Translations under genes and position numbers: made by a program
The notes under the pieces: generated by a model
What the model was told of the DNA's origin: nothing
Seen by the model: the letters and a program-made list of their open reading frames with translations, nothing else
Database searches by the model: none
Source of the DNA: Pelomyxa schiedti
Taxonomy: Eukaryota > Protista > Evosea
Reading direction: 5' to 3'
Assembly (NCBI GenBank): GCA_020536535.1
Contig: JAHLWZ010000240.1
Coordinates: forward strand, 1 to 57,888
DNA length: 57,888 nucleotides
Part shown: in pieces, positions 1 through 12,626 of the stretch
Layout of the letters: the number at the start of each line of letters is the position of its first letter
How positions within the stretch are numbered: position 1 is the stretch's first letter

Positions 1-137
1 AGTTTATAACGAAAAAAAATAGGAAATCAACAAAGCCAATAATCCCGCCGAGCAACACCGTCGGTCCCGTCGTCGGCCGCAGTTTTCGCATCCCGTTCTC
101 CTCAGCCTCATTTTTTTTTTTTGACACCTCAACAACC

Positions 138-555
138 ATGTCGGCAAAAACCGAAGCGACCAAGCCCGCACCAGCCCCTGCTGCTGAAAAAAAACCAACC
201 ACAGCCCAAGCCCCCTCACCAGTCGCCGAGAAAAAACCAGCAGCCGAGAAGAAACCCGCTGCTGCAGCCGAGAAGAAACCAGCAGCCGAGAAGAAACCAG
301 CAGCCGAGAAGAAGAAGGCAACACCAGCACCAAAGAAGGAGGGTGGTGAGAAGAAGGCAAAGGCCGCGGCACCAAAGAAGGAGGGTGCTGCTGGTGCTGC
401 TAAGAAGCCAGCAGCTGCCGAGAAGAAGGCTGCACCTAAGAAGGCCGCCGCGGCACCAAAGAAGGAGGGTGCTGCTGCTAAGAAGCCAGCCGCGCCAAAG
501 AAGGCCGCTGGGGAGAAGAAGCCTGCCGCACCAAAGAAGGATGGTGTGAAGAAGG
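138..555 (+). CDS. 5' part of the Lys/Ala/Pro-rich histone H1-like protein; misplaced contig belonging in the 51451-51550 gap
   Basis: ORF MSAKTEATKPAPAPAAEKKP... with AEKKP/PKK repeats; 1-121 = 51330-51450 and 435-555 = 51551-51671. Confidence 0.8.
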
Positions 556-655
556 NNNNNNNNNNNNNNNNNNNNNNNNNNNNNNNNNNNNNNNNNNNNN
601 NNNNNNNNNNNNNNNNNNNNNNNNNNNNNNNNNNNNNNNNNNNNNNNNNNNNNNN
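556..655. other. Scaffold gap (100 N); further 100-N gaps at 22092-22191, 51451-51550 and 57013-57112
   Basis: Runs of exactly 100 N. Confidence 0.99.
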
Positions 656-692
656 CCCCAAAAAAACCTCACACACACCACACATCACACAG

Positions 693-924
693 CGATGGCC
701 GGATCATCCGACGGTCGAGTGCCTGAGGAAGTGGCCAATTTGATTGGAGCAAGGAGTTACCACGTTTGCTCAGCACGGACTCAACAAGGTTTCTTTCATT
801 TATAAGCAAAAATCACCCTAACAAGTGTCACACAGGGTTGATGGATGTGTTCGACAGTGCTGTCCGTGTTGTTTTCAACACTGTTGACCATGTTGTTCTC
901 CATGATTCAGTAGGGGGATACTAA
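693..924 (+). CDS. 3' exons of a Rho/Rac-family GTPase-like gene (5' part lost in the gap)
   Basis: Spliced EEVANLIGARSYHVCSARTQQ|GLMDVFDSAVRVVF resembles the Rac C-terminus ([32 protein letters not shown]); GT-AG intron near 789-835; TAA 922-924. Confidence 0.6.
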
Positions 925-1011
925 TTACTGTCACTGTATAAACAACCTTTTTTTACTGCAAAAAGGAAACAAGGAAATGTTGGGTCATGTTTCTGAGAAA
1001 GCCCATCACCA

Positions 1012-3382
1012 ATGAACGAAGCCACGGCACCCAACACCCACCACGTGATGCAACGGATCTTGTGGGTGTCGCGTGTGTTGTGGGACCAAGTTGTCGTGCC
1101 GTGGGTCCTCCGGCCGGCACACAAGGCCACCCCCCGTCACCGGCCCCTGGACCCCGAGGTGGTGTCGTGCGTGCTGCGGGTCGGGGAGGCCGCGTTCCCC
1201 CTCGTGGCCCTGTGCTGCCGCGCAGTCGCCCCGCGCCCCGAGCGGTACGGCGAGGCCAGCGAGCACTACCGCGCCATCGAGGACGCCGCAGCGGCGCAGT
1301 GCCCCCGCTGCGTAGCGTGGATAATCGCACACAACAACAACGACGACGCCGGTGCGGAGCCAGAGGCTGGCGGGAGCGGGAGGAGGAGGAGGAGGCGTAA
1401 GGCCAAGGAGCAGATCGCGGTGATGACGGGGCTGTGCCGCGGGGGCCACCTGGGCACAGTGAAGGCGTTTGTTGGCAGCCGCGGGGCGTGTGAGTGCTGG
1501 GTGGAGCAGGAGGGAGAGGGCGAGAAGGTGCACCAGCTGTGGGCACAGTCGATATCCCCAGACGCGGAGGAAGCGGCGGCGCCGGTGCGTTTGGTTAATT
1601 CAAGATTTACACTTTTTTAAAAATTCAAAAATAATAAAGCGTATGTATGTTATTAAGAACTTAACGTCAGGTGAAGGGAACATCACTGATGAATTGGAAT
1701 TCCGTGGCCACAACAACCAATCTCAGTAAGGAGCCAATTTTAAGTGAGGAATTCTGGAGTGCGAGGGGATTCTTCAAACTCACACAGGAAGTTTGTGCAA
1801 AAGGAAAACTTGACGTTCTCAAGTGGATACTGTCGAGCTTCTTTCAAATCAACGAAGGCAACAAGTTCATGCTGGATCATTTTCTGCATGAAGCCGCTCA
1901 GAATGGTCACCTTGACGTGATCAAGTGGTTGGTGGACACCTTTGATTTGTCAGATTTTGCTGATAAATGCTGTGCATTGGGGGCCAATTTCCGACCATTT
2001 GGCAGTGTTTACGATGTGAAGCGCTTTGTTGAGAGCTTTCCAGAGTGGACCTTTGATGGAGGAGCAAAGCTCGCTGTCTCAGCGGCACTGTTTAAGGGTC
2101 CATCATCGGCTGATGAAATCATTGAAGTGTGCCAATGGCTCACCGATCGTTTTTCACTGCGTGGGATGGATTTCATTGACTGGTTCGAAGTTCCCAAGTA
2201 TCCTGAAGTAATCAAGTGGATACTGTCTGATATCACAGAAGAAGGTGACTTGTATAGTATTTGGAATTTGACCTGCTCTGAACTGAGCAACATCGAGTTG
2301 GGAAAGTGGTTCATTGAAGAGAAAGGAATCACACCAACGGAAGATGACTTCATGACAGCTTGTTCAAGCACCCGTGACAATCTGGCTTTTATTGAGTGGT
2401 TATACAAGCAAGTTTCAGTCAGCAGTTCTGACTTGCTTTCTTCTCTCCACAGGGCGTTGGCACGTAAAAATGAATCAAATTCCAGGTGGTTGGAGCAGAC
2501 CTACATTTCAACTGTGAATTCAAGACCAAAGATTTCTCTAGTTAAAATCTCTGCAATGTACAAGTGCTCAGTGGATGAAGGCTGGCTCGAGTGGCTGTTC
2601 ACTCACACAAGTATGTGTGACATTGACTGCAGTGACATTGAGCTTGTTAAATTTGTGAATGAATGCATTGAAAGAAACCAGCTTCATTGTGCCCTTTCAG
2701 CTTGGGAAAGGTTCTCACTGTCACCCATCACCAACCGCGACCTGCTTTTAAGTATTCTGACTAAGCTTCTTGTCTGTGGCTCACTCTCTCAAGTCAAACA
2801 AGTTGAATCCATCAGTGGGGGCTTCACACCCTCTGAAATATGGGATTGTTTGAGCCATTGTACCCTTATTCCAGAATCCAGCAAGATTGTAAAATGGTTG
2901 GTAAAAGAGTGTACACGAAACGTCAGCGACCCTGCTGCAGTTACACCAAAGAACTTCCCTGATTTGACCAGAATGTTTGCAGAATTGATACGATGGAACA
3001 AGCGGGGATGTGTAAAGTGGCTTTTCAACAGGTTTCACTTCCCTGAGGTATGGCTATCACCGCCCAAACACTAATTAATCACACATCAAAGATACCTGCT
3101 GAAGTGGGGAACCTACATAATGATATTGACCTGGCCACATGGAAATTGTTGCTGAGGCTATTCCCAGACATCAACAGGGATGTTGTCACTCAACACTTCA
3201 TGGGTGTTGCCATTGCATCGCCACTTCACTCTCAATTCAGCATCAACGCCCTCGGTGTCACACTCAATGACATTGCCCAGTTCTGTCAGGACAGCACCAG
3301 TGAAAATGACAACAACTTTGGATTGAATGACACAAAACAATGGTTGGAATGGGCAACTCGTAACCATGGAATAAATGAATGA
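1012..3382 (+). CDS. Degenerate ankyrin-like repeat protein, tandem paralog A (3 exons)
   Basis: Motifs LCRGGHLGTVK, VCAKGKLDVLKWI, AAQNGHLDVIKWLV; introns near 1585-1670 and 3048-3091 join ORFs 1012, 1671 and 3050. Confidence 0.75.
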
Positions 3383-3462
3383 TAACCAATATACCTGGTG
3401 GGTTCCCACAAGGCCATAACACTACTTTGATTCTAAGAAGCGGTATCTTTTCAGCGAATTCG

Positions 3463-5987
3463 ATGAACGAAGCCACGACCCCGACGCTCAACAACGCCCA
3501 GCAACACGACACATCCCATGAGTCCAACACGAAGCAACGGATCTTGTGGGTGTCGCGCGTGTTGTGGGACCAAGTTATCGTGCCGTGGGTCCTCCGGCCA
3601 GCACTCGAAGCCGCCACCCCTTGCGGGGCGGCCCTGGACCCCGAGGTGGTGTCGCGCGTGCTGCGCGTCGGGGATGCCGCGTTCCCCCTCGTGGCCCTGT
3701 GCTGCCGCGCGGTGGCCCCGCGCCCCGACGCGCGGTACAGGACTCTCTACAGGACCACCGTGGAGATCAGCGAGCACTACCGCGCCATCGAGGACGCCGC
3801 AGCGGCCAACTGCCCCCGCTGCGTAGCGTGGATAATCGCACACAACAACAACAACGACGACGACGGCGCCGGTGCGGAGCGAGAGGCCGGCACAGGGAGC
3901 GGGAGCGGGAGCGGGAACAGGAGGAGGAGGCGTAAGGCCAAGGAGCAGATCGCGGTGATGACGGGGCTGTGCCGCGGGGGCCACCTGGGCACAGTGAAGG
4001 CGTTTGTTGGCAGCCGCGGGGCGTGTGAGTGCTGGGTGGAGCAGGAGGAGGCCAGGGGCGAGGGCGGGGTGGCACCGGAATCGGGGGACCAGGGGAATGT
4101 ATTCCGGCTGTGGCCCACGCTGGGAGATTCCGGGTCCGAAGTAGTGGCTTTGGTGTGTGATTTCCTTTCTGGTTTCGTTGTGCTCAACATTGAACGTTAA
4201 CGTCAAGTGAAGGGCGGACAATCACTTTTGAACTCCGTGGCCACTGCAACCAGCAGAATGGGAAAGGAACCAATCCTAAGTGAGGAATTCTGGAGCAAAA
4301 GGGGAATCATCAGACTCACGAAGGAAGTTTGTGCAAAGGGAAACCTGGATGTTCTCAAGTGGATACTGTCGAGCTTCTTTCAAATCAACGAAGGCAACAA
4401 ATTCATGCTGAACGAGTTCGTGCATGAAGCATCTGCGAATGGGCAACTTGATGTGATCAAGTGGTTGGTGGATACATTTAATCCTGTGGATAAACATGAA
4501 TGTGGAGACGATTTCGAACCCCGCTACAGTGTTTACGACGTGAAGGCCTTTGTTGAGAGCTTTCCAGAGTGGGACTTTGATGGGGGAGCAAGGCTCGCTT
4601 GCACAACAGCAACGTTTCAGGGCCCATCATCAGCCGAAGAAATCATTGAAGTGTGCCAATGGCTCACAGACCGTTTCTCACTGACAAGGGGTAATTTTAC
4701 GGACTGGGCGTGGGACGAGCCGCCCAAACATCCTGAAGTTGTCAAGTGGCTACTATCTGATGCCACAGAGGATTCTGACGAGCTGCGGACGATATGGCTT
4801 TACTGCTCCTCACAGAGCAACGTGGAGTTGTCAAAGTGGTTCGTTGAAGAGAAGGGACTCAGACTCACAGTGGAGGACTTCAGGAGAGCTTTCTATAGTA
4901 AAACTTACAATCTGGGTTTTGTTGAATGGTTATACAAGCAAGTTTCACCCAGTAGTGCAGACTTGCTATCTTCTCTCCACACGGCATTGGCACGTAAAAA
5001 TGAAGCAAATTTCAAGTGGTTGGAGCAGACCTACATTAAAACTACGCATTCAACACCAAAGTTGTCTCTTGTGAAGATGGCTGATTGTTCTCACTACTCG
5101 AGTGAGGACTGGATCGACTGGGTTCTTGCCCATTCAAGCACTGGTTCCATTGACTGCAGTGAACCTGAGCTTGCAAAACTTGTGAAGAGTTGCTATCCAA
5201 TGCCACGGTTTCCTATTGCTATTTCAGCTTGGAAAAAGTTTTCATTGTCACCAACTACCCACAACGACTCGCTTCTAAAATTGCTGAAGGAGCTTATCGA
5301 CGCTGGATCATTATCTCAAGTCAAGCAAGTTGTTGCCCTTGCCGACTTCCGACCCTCTGAAATAGCCAATTGCCTCTGTGACGTTCATCAGTCACATTCG
5401 AGCAAGATCGTGAAATGGCTGGTCACAGAGTACACACGACACACCAGTGATCCCACTGTGATGTCAGCCAAGAAGAACTCTGGGAGAGTGAGTGCAGCAA
5501 GGCTATTTGTGGAGTTGATTCGACACAACAAACGGGGGTGTCTCGAATGGCTCTTCAAAAGGTTCCACTTCACACTCCCTGAGGTATGCCTGCCTGCTTT
5601 TTCCCCTCCCCAAAAAAGATTCTTTGCTGATTTATGCCTACTAACAAGGTACTTGCTGAAGTCCGTACAGCCAAGGAAAAACCGGGACACAGAGTGGACT
5701 TTGCCACATGGAAACTGCTTCTGGCGCTGCTCCCGGAGATTAACCGGGATGTTGCTAATCAACAGTTTATGGGTGTTGTGACTGCATCGCCACTTCACTC
5801 CCAATTCAGCATCAACAGGCTCGGTGTCACACTCAATGACATTGCCCAGTTCTGTGAGGACAAGGCTAGTGATCGTGATGGATTGGATTACGTGAGGCAT
5901 TGGCTGGACTGGACAACCTGGAACAACCCACTGTTCCCAGAATTTGAGGAATCAACACAAAAGGTACCGAACTCTGATGAACCCTGA
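3463..5987 (+). CDS. Degenerate ankyrin-like repeat protein, tandem paralog B (3 exons)
   Basis: Collinear with paralog A and has the same intron positions (near 4141-4207 and 5585-5649); ATG MNEATTP at 3463. Confidence 0.75.
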
Positions 5988-6051
5988 CACGCGTAAACAC
6001 TGGATTTTTTCTTTTTTTTCTTATCTTTTTCAAACTTTTCAAACAGGAAAA

Positions 6052-7200
6052 TCAGTGCTGATAGGGGTTTGTCTCTCTATCAGGGTCATGCTCCTCCAAG
6101 CCAGTGGCACAGGCCACAGAAACTTTCACCATTGTGGTATTTGGTTCCGCTAGTGGCTCAATGTTGTCGAAGTGGAAGTGGGCCTCCTCACTGAAAAATT
6201 CCGGCACAATGAACTTCCCCCACTTTCCATCCAGAGTGACAGACACTCTCAGGGGAACCAAGCGAGGCGCCGTTTCATTCCAATGCATCTTAATTGTGAT
6301 TATGACACCGCCGTTGGAGCGTTCCTCTCCATAGAACCAGAAGGTCACGAGTGGCGTTTTGAGGGAAGATACTACGTGAAAATACATGTTTGAAGTGAAG
6401 TCGAATTTACAGAGTGGGGTAACTGTGGGAACGTGAGTGGCGATGTTTAATGTTAAGGGACCCTTACAATGGCTATCACCGATGGCCTGCTGAAATTCTC
6501 GGCACACGGCACGGCATTGGAGAAGATTGGGCGGCGGTAAGTTGTTAAATATTATGGACAGAACAGAGCTGGGAAGATCGAGAATATGCTTTCCTTGTGC
6601 AAGTTAAAGATTAAACTAATTGCACAAACAACTCACCAGAAACAACTGAGATATCACCACAGGAAATCTTGCAAACGGCTTCAATTCTCTGTCGCGGCAC
6701 AAGAATCTGCGCAAACGCGGTTAGCCACAGAGAAGACAGCAATGCATATACTTTCTGCTTGGCAGACGCGGAATTGAAGTCAAACAGTTTCAATTGATGA
6801 AAGGAGTGCTGCAAAAACATTGCTGTAAAAAAAAAAAAAAAAACCCAAGGGAAGTGACCTTGTTGTTTTTAGTGACACAATTCAAAAGAAAAGACCTCCT
6901 CTCTTCCAGTATCTCATCGACGCGCAGCTTCACGAACTCAATGAGCGTATTAGTGCCCTTCACCAGGTCCGCAGCAGTCTACACGAACAACCCACCAGTT
7001 AGAGTATGGTTCCCAACCCCAATCCCATGAATCATTCCCACCACGCACACACAATCCCCAACCACCGTCCCCCTTCTCGATCAACAATCGCAATCATCAT
7101 CACCTTGTCTATTCCCCATGCCACCAGGCCGACGTACGCCGACACCCGCCCAGCCAGCCCCTCCTCGGCCTCCCCCTCCTCATCCCCCTCGCCCCGTGGT
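6052..7200 (-). CDS. F-box domain protein (5' end approximate)
   Basis: Minus strand near 6480-6590 reads ILDLPSSVLSIIFNNLPPPNLLQCRAVCREFQQAI (F-box consensus), followed by a beta-rich domain; several upstream exons. Confidence 0.65.
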
Positions 7201-7296
7201 CGGGAATTTTTTTTTTTTTTTTTTGTGTTATGTTATTGATAAGATGTAATGGCCACAAGGCATGACGTGGCCGAAAAATATTTGATTTATTGAGTG

Positions 7297-8352
7297 TTAT
7301 CTCCTCCCCCTGCCTCTGCCACCCCTCCCTCTTCCTCCCCTGCCTCCGCCCCGTCCCCCTCTGCCACCCCTCCCTCCTCCTCCCCTGCCTCCGCCCCTTC
7401 CCCCTCTGCCACCTCTGCCACCTCTGCCGCCCCTGGTCTTGCCTCTGCTCCCTCCCTCGCCGCTGCTTCCGCCTCTGCCGCCTCGCCCGCCTCGTCCACG
7501 GCCCCCTCGTCCGCCTCTGCTTCCCCTTCCTCCTCTCTTTCCCTCGCCAGGTGCCCCCCTTGAGGAGCCACCACCTCCTTGGTGGTCTGGGTTCTTCCAG
7601 CCTAGTTGTTTCCTGGATTTAGTCGCTGCAGCCTTGGGTTTCCCCTTGGCCCGGGATTTCCCTATGAATACAGGCCCGGCACTCGCTGCATAGGAAGATA
7701 TGTAAGTAAGGCGTGTGAAGTATGGAGTGGTAAAAATACATTTTGGCTTGCCGGGTGTGACAATCAATGGCATGCTCTTGAAATCCAATCCGTTCATTTT
7801 ATCTATGGCGGCTTTTTTGGATTCTGCAGTATCGAATTTGGCAACACCGCGGCTTAATAAGAGTTACAAGTAACGCAGTAAAGGAAGGGCGTACCACTTG
7901 GATGTCTGATCCAGGGGATCAAGCTCCAACGTGAAGCTGACGAAGCCCTTGCAAACCGAGAACAGCTTCTTGATTTCGGTCTCGGTCACAGAAGGCAAGA
8001 AGTTGTAGACGTAACAGCTTGTATCAGACACTGCAACTTTAGATTGCTTGCCTGAAGTGCCTTGTTCGATTTCCGTCACCGACTTCCTCTTTCTGCCCGC
8101 CAACTGTTGAATGCGTAGAAACGAAATTTTAGGCCCGATCAGTAAGAACTAGCAATTACAGGAACTTGAAATTACCGGCTGATCGTCGTCTTCATCGTCG
8201 TCCTCATCCTCTTCGTCGTCGTCATCATCGTCATCGTCATCGTCGTCGTCATCATACTCTCCCTCATCATCCTCATCGTCATCTTCGTTGTATGTTTCTT
8301 CTTCATCAACTTCATCTGTTTCGTTGCGTGTCTTTGCTTTGGCGGCTTTCAT
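7297..8352 (-). CDS. Acidic N-terminus + single RRM + RGG/GAR tail (nucleolin/GAR-like RNA-binding protein)
   Basis: Poly-D/E exon; RRM CYVYNFLPSVTETEIKKLF...SKCRGVAKF...AIDKMNG; C-terminal RGGRGG repeats. Confidence 0.75.
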
Positions 8353-8698
8353 TTTTTGTTAATTAGTCTGGTCTGCAGCCACGGAGGTAACAGGGAGCGA
8401 TATTTGATTAATTAATGGGTGCAACTGCCTGAAAGAGGGAAAATAAAAAGAAGGCAGAAGATGGAATAATCATCATGGGCAAAGAAGATCTGAGCCAGAC
8501 ACAGCGTTCTTTGGGGAGCAATCTGAGGGAGCGTTTGAGATTGAAGGTTTCAGTCAGGCTAGCCTGCAACTGATAAAAATAACAGATTAGAGGAAGGAAC
8601 GCCGGTTCTGTTCGTTTGGCACCAAAAACAAAACAAGCAACAAAAAAAAGCGGAGACATCAACAGCACACATCGCCGGCACACGACGCATAGTCGACA

Positions 8699-10847
8699 AT
8701 GACGTCGTTCGCGACAGATCTACTTGTGTGTTGACCGTAGTTGTAGCTGTTTGGTGTAGATCTACGTCAATTACCACTTGACACCGCTTTTTTTTCCCTT
8801 GGTTTTCTTTGGTTACGTTGACTTTGTTTTAAGGACGGATTTGACGCCTGCTACAAGAGGACAATTGGTATCCTTAAAAGCACACATGGTATGTTTCTGA
8901 AAACTGCACGCTAATGAAAAACGGTGATAAGTGTTGTTACATAAATATTGAGTTAAATAGTAACAACACTCAATATTTTTATACTCGCAGAAATTGGTAG
9001 TTTCTTTAACAAGTTGAGCACCATCCGAAAGGAGTACCTCAACAAGTACTTGGGGCTCATCAGAAGTTATGGGCAGAAGAAGTTACTTGTGAACGGTTTC
9101 TTAGATGGGTAGGCCCATTCTGTTCTTACATATACCATTGTGACCAAGAACAGAACAGTTAAAAAAGCTCTGGAAACAATGGTAACTGACATGGAGTCCG
9201 TAACTAATCATGACCTTGCTTTCTCCAATAAAATATCCGAAATCTCCACTGAGGTGGCCAATTTTGTGAGAGACAAAGAAGTCAAACGCAAGAAGGTACA
9301 CCAGTCACTATTTTTTCCCCAGATAATTAATGTTGTTAGTTGGAGACTGATGGCAAACGTCTAACTCGCGAATTTGCTGACCAGTTGGATGCCTTAAAAA
9401 GAGTTTGTTTTCTTCCTCATTTATATAAACGTTCATATTTTTAAAGTCCAAGGCGAACTACATGAAATTATCTAGGGAGGCAGAGCTCGCTCAGCAGGAA
9501 CACCAAAAAGCCCAAGGTGACCCTAAGACCAAATCACAGAAGTTAACTCAGGTATGTCAATTACACTCGTTCGTGCTAAACTTTCATTATAGCTCGCCAC
9601 ACGTGCATCACAAGCTGCGGATAAGGCAAAGCAAGCTGACCAAGAATACAAAGATACCTTGAGAACCAGTAACGACAAACAAACTCAACTCTACACAAAA
9701 GACATGCCATCACTTTTGGCTGTATGCTCCGGTTTTTTTCTTTACCTTTTGCCAACGCCATGAAGGAGTTCCAAACGTTTGAAGAAGAGAGGATCCGCTA
9801 TGTCCAACAAACAGTGAAGCAGTATGCTCAGGCAGTACTTGAGTTCCCAGCCGTGTACAAGAAAGCCGGAGATGCCTCTGAGTCCTTTGCAGGCCAGGTG
9901 ACTTCCTTTAAGTGGTTCCTTTTTAATATTCCCAAAGATAGATGTTGCTGCTGACGTTCTTGGGTTTGTCAACACTAATAAAACGGGGGTTCATGTACCT
10001 CCCGCCATAGAGTACGAGGGCTATAATCCTGGTGGTGGGCCTCCACCCGTCCCTCCCACTTCCGTTAATTCTCACCCACCACCACCATCATCACATGGTG
10101 GAGGGTCAACAACCACGGTAACGCCCACCCCCACCCCCCCCAACACGAGCACGCCAACACCTGTTGCACCCAAGGTTTTTTTCAACACTTTATTTTACTT
10201 GAACTAACAACTTCAGGAATGGGGTCTCTTAGCTGGAGACGAGTCTCTCTCTGTTGCCGAAAAGCAAAACAAACTAACGGAACAACAAAAAGAAATCGAG
10301 AAGCAAATAAAGGTTTTCACCTCTGACTCTTCATCATTAACACAGTAAAAGAATGAAGAAAGTCAAGTTACGGCACTGGAGAGATTAATCCAATTCTACG
10401 CTACAGATCCTGGTGGTAAAAAGAAGACCGAGGATGAACTCGCCGAATTGCACAAAAAGGTGAAACCCCGTTCCCTCAAATTCCAACTAAGATACCTTGC
10501 AGGTTGCCGCTCTCAAAGCGGGCCTAGCCAAAGTTCAAAGTCAACTTGCCGGTCTCTCTGGTGGCACTCCAGGAGGGGCTCCCGCTCCTACCGAACCTGA
10601 AGCGGTACATCCACCTCATTCTCAATTTAGAAATCAACGCAACACATAGGCAGCTGAAGTCCAAGTGCAAGTACGGGGCATGTATGACTACACTGCAACA
10701 TGTGACACAGAACTGTCATTTAAGGAGGGTGAGATATTCGTTGTTTCAGAACAAGACTCCAGTGGATGGTGGTATGCAACAATCGGTGACAAGAGCGGTT
10801 TTGTGCCTCAAAATTATGTTGAGGTTGTCACTCCTCCCTCTTCCTGA
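8699..10847 (+). CDS. F-BAR (FCH) + HR1 + SH3 protein, CIP4/Toca-like architecture
   Basis: MTSFATDLL|DGFDACYKR (FCH); MKEFQTFEEERIRYVQ; HR1 ALERLIQFYATDPGGKKKTEDEL; SH3 VRGMYDYTATCDTELSFKEGE...GWWY...GFVPQNYV. Confidence 0.85.
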
Positions 10848-11027
10848 TCAAAGGAAAAACCCAACCCCAAACAAGCCAAACAAAAGAGGAAAAAACCATG
10901 TTGTTTCTTATGAACTCCCTTTTCTTGTTTGTTTTGTGGAAGACACATAAAATTTGATGTTTTCAGAAAAACATAACATTGCTTTGCCAGTGAAACGAAG
11001 TGGTGTTGGTGTTACTTTGTGCTGAGT

Positions 11028-12269
11028 TCACTTAAAGACAAAGGCTACAACAAGGAGAATGAGGACAACTACCCAGGCCGCACATAGGAATACTAGGGTT
11101 TTACCTAGGTCTTGGGTTGCGTTATCTACACGAGTGTTAGTTGCGGTGTTAGGTGGGAAATAACATACCGTAGGTGACAACAGCATTTTTCCACCATTTG
11201 GGATAGTTCTCTCGTGCATTGTGAGAAATGGCTTTAACTCGGGAATAGACGGCCCGCAACAGTTTCACAGCCCGCTGGCCAATTGGGTGATGAAGAGTTG
11301 CGTTCCAACCACGTTGTATCTTGTGAGGGATTGATCTGATGACTTCCGCCAATGGGCTCTTTGGTCGAACTGCGACTTCCGGGATGAATACTAGTTCCGG
11401 CTTGTCAGTTCCTTCGTTTCCGGGAAATGTGATCTGGTCTTTGCCGGTACCCTTTCCGGTGTCTGATACAGTAGGAATCGGGTTTTCTTCCCTCCTGACT
11501 ATCTCCACCTTATCCCCGTTCTGGTCAACCAGGTGTGTTTCCGCTTCAGTGGCTTTCTTACCAATGTTGTCCTCCGAGTCCCCAGCTTTGTTGCTCCCCG
11601 AGTTTTCTGCAACCGTGTTGGTGGAATCCGAGGAACCAGAATTAGTGCCTTTGCCTTGCTCACCAGTAGAATCTTCTCCCCCAGCGGAGCCGGTGCCATC
11701 AGCACCAGCACCAGCACCAGTACCGGCACCCTCGGATGACAGGTTCCCCAGCGCCTCGCCCGTAACGCCGGTCGTGCCAGTTCCCATCTTGGAGGCATCA
11801 TCATCAGCAACACCGGGATCACGGCCACCGCCGCTATGTTCCGTGCCCCCCTCGCCTACAATAACAACCACTTCTTCCTTCTGTTTCTGCTGCTGCTGGT
11901 GCTGTCCGACACCACTGTCGCCGCCGTCGCCGCCACTCTGTTGTGCCGTGCCAGTTGCGTCCGTGATGTTATCCAAATTGGCGGTGGTGGTGCCCTCAGT
12001 ACCGGTACCAGGCTGAGGTTCGGGTTCATCGGGATTGCTTGGGGTGGGGGGCGTGGGGTATTGGATCTGGATGTCACAGCCTTCCCCTATACATACTGGG
12101 GGCTTCGGAAGCTCGGGAATAGAAACCGCTGGTTGAGACGACTCATAGAAAGCGTACTGGAAAAAAGCAGTACCTGGCAACTCCGTTGAGAAAGGGGGAG
12201 GGGGAAAAAAAAATCGGGGCAAAAAGGAGTCGTACAAATCGCTGAGGCGAACAAGGCCGTAAATAACAT
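11028..12269 (-). CDS. Orphan protein with hydrophobic N-terminus, low-complexity ectodomain and C-terminal TM helix
   Basis: Spliced start MLFTALFASAI|CTAFFQYAFY; last exon LVFLCAAWVVVLILLVVAFVFK*. Confidence 0.6.
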
Positions 12270-12626
12270 GTCTCAGGTGATAAAGATCAAACAAATACCT
12301 CTCTTGTTGTGGTTCCTTGTTGTTGGTTTTCGTTGTTTCGGTGACCAACTACAAAAACGATCAAATTGGCCTGACACGTTTCTCTATGATTTTGCATCAG
12401 ATGAGACTGAGAGAGCGACACTGGGTGCTCAGAGTGAGGTCAAGATGATCACTTTTGAGGAAGACTGGGGGGGATCACTAAATTGTGCCCAATCTGGGTG
12501 ACGTAAAGTGCTGTGTCTGTTGCTTTTTATTTCGTCCTTCCGCAAACGCGGAAAGAAATAAAACCAAAAAAATCAAACCAACTCTACCACATTTTTCCAA
12601 ACAAAAAGGGAAAATAAACGACGACG

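Noticed and set aside
953-4221. Long overlapping antisense and alternate-frame ORFs (also at 17742-18470, 33218-34141 and 40134-41051)
   Set aside because: Shadow ORFs from GC-rich, stop-poor first exons with no family signal
3048-5649. Frameshifts or stop readthrough between consecutive ORFs of the ankyrin-like genes
   Set aside because: Explained by GT-AG introns at equivalent positions in both paralogs; the standard code fits
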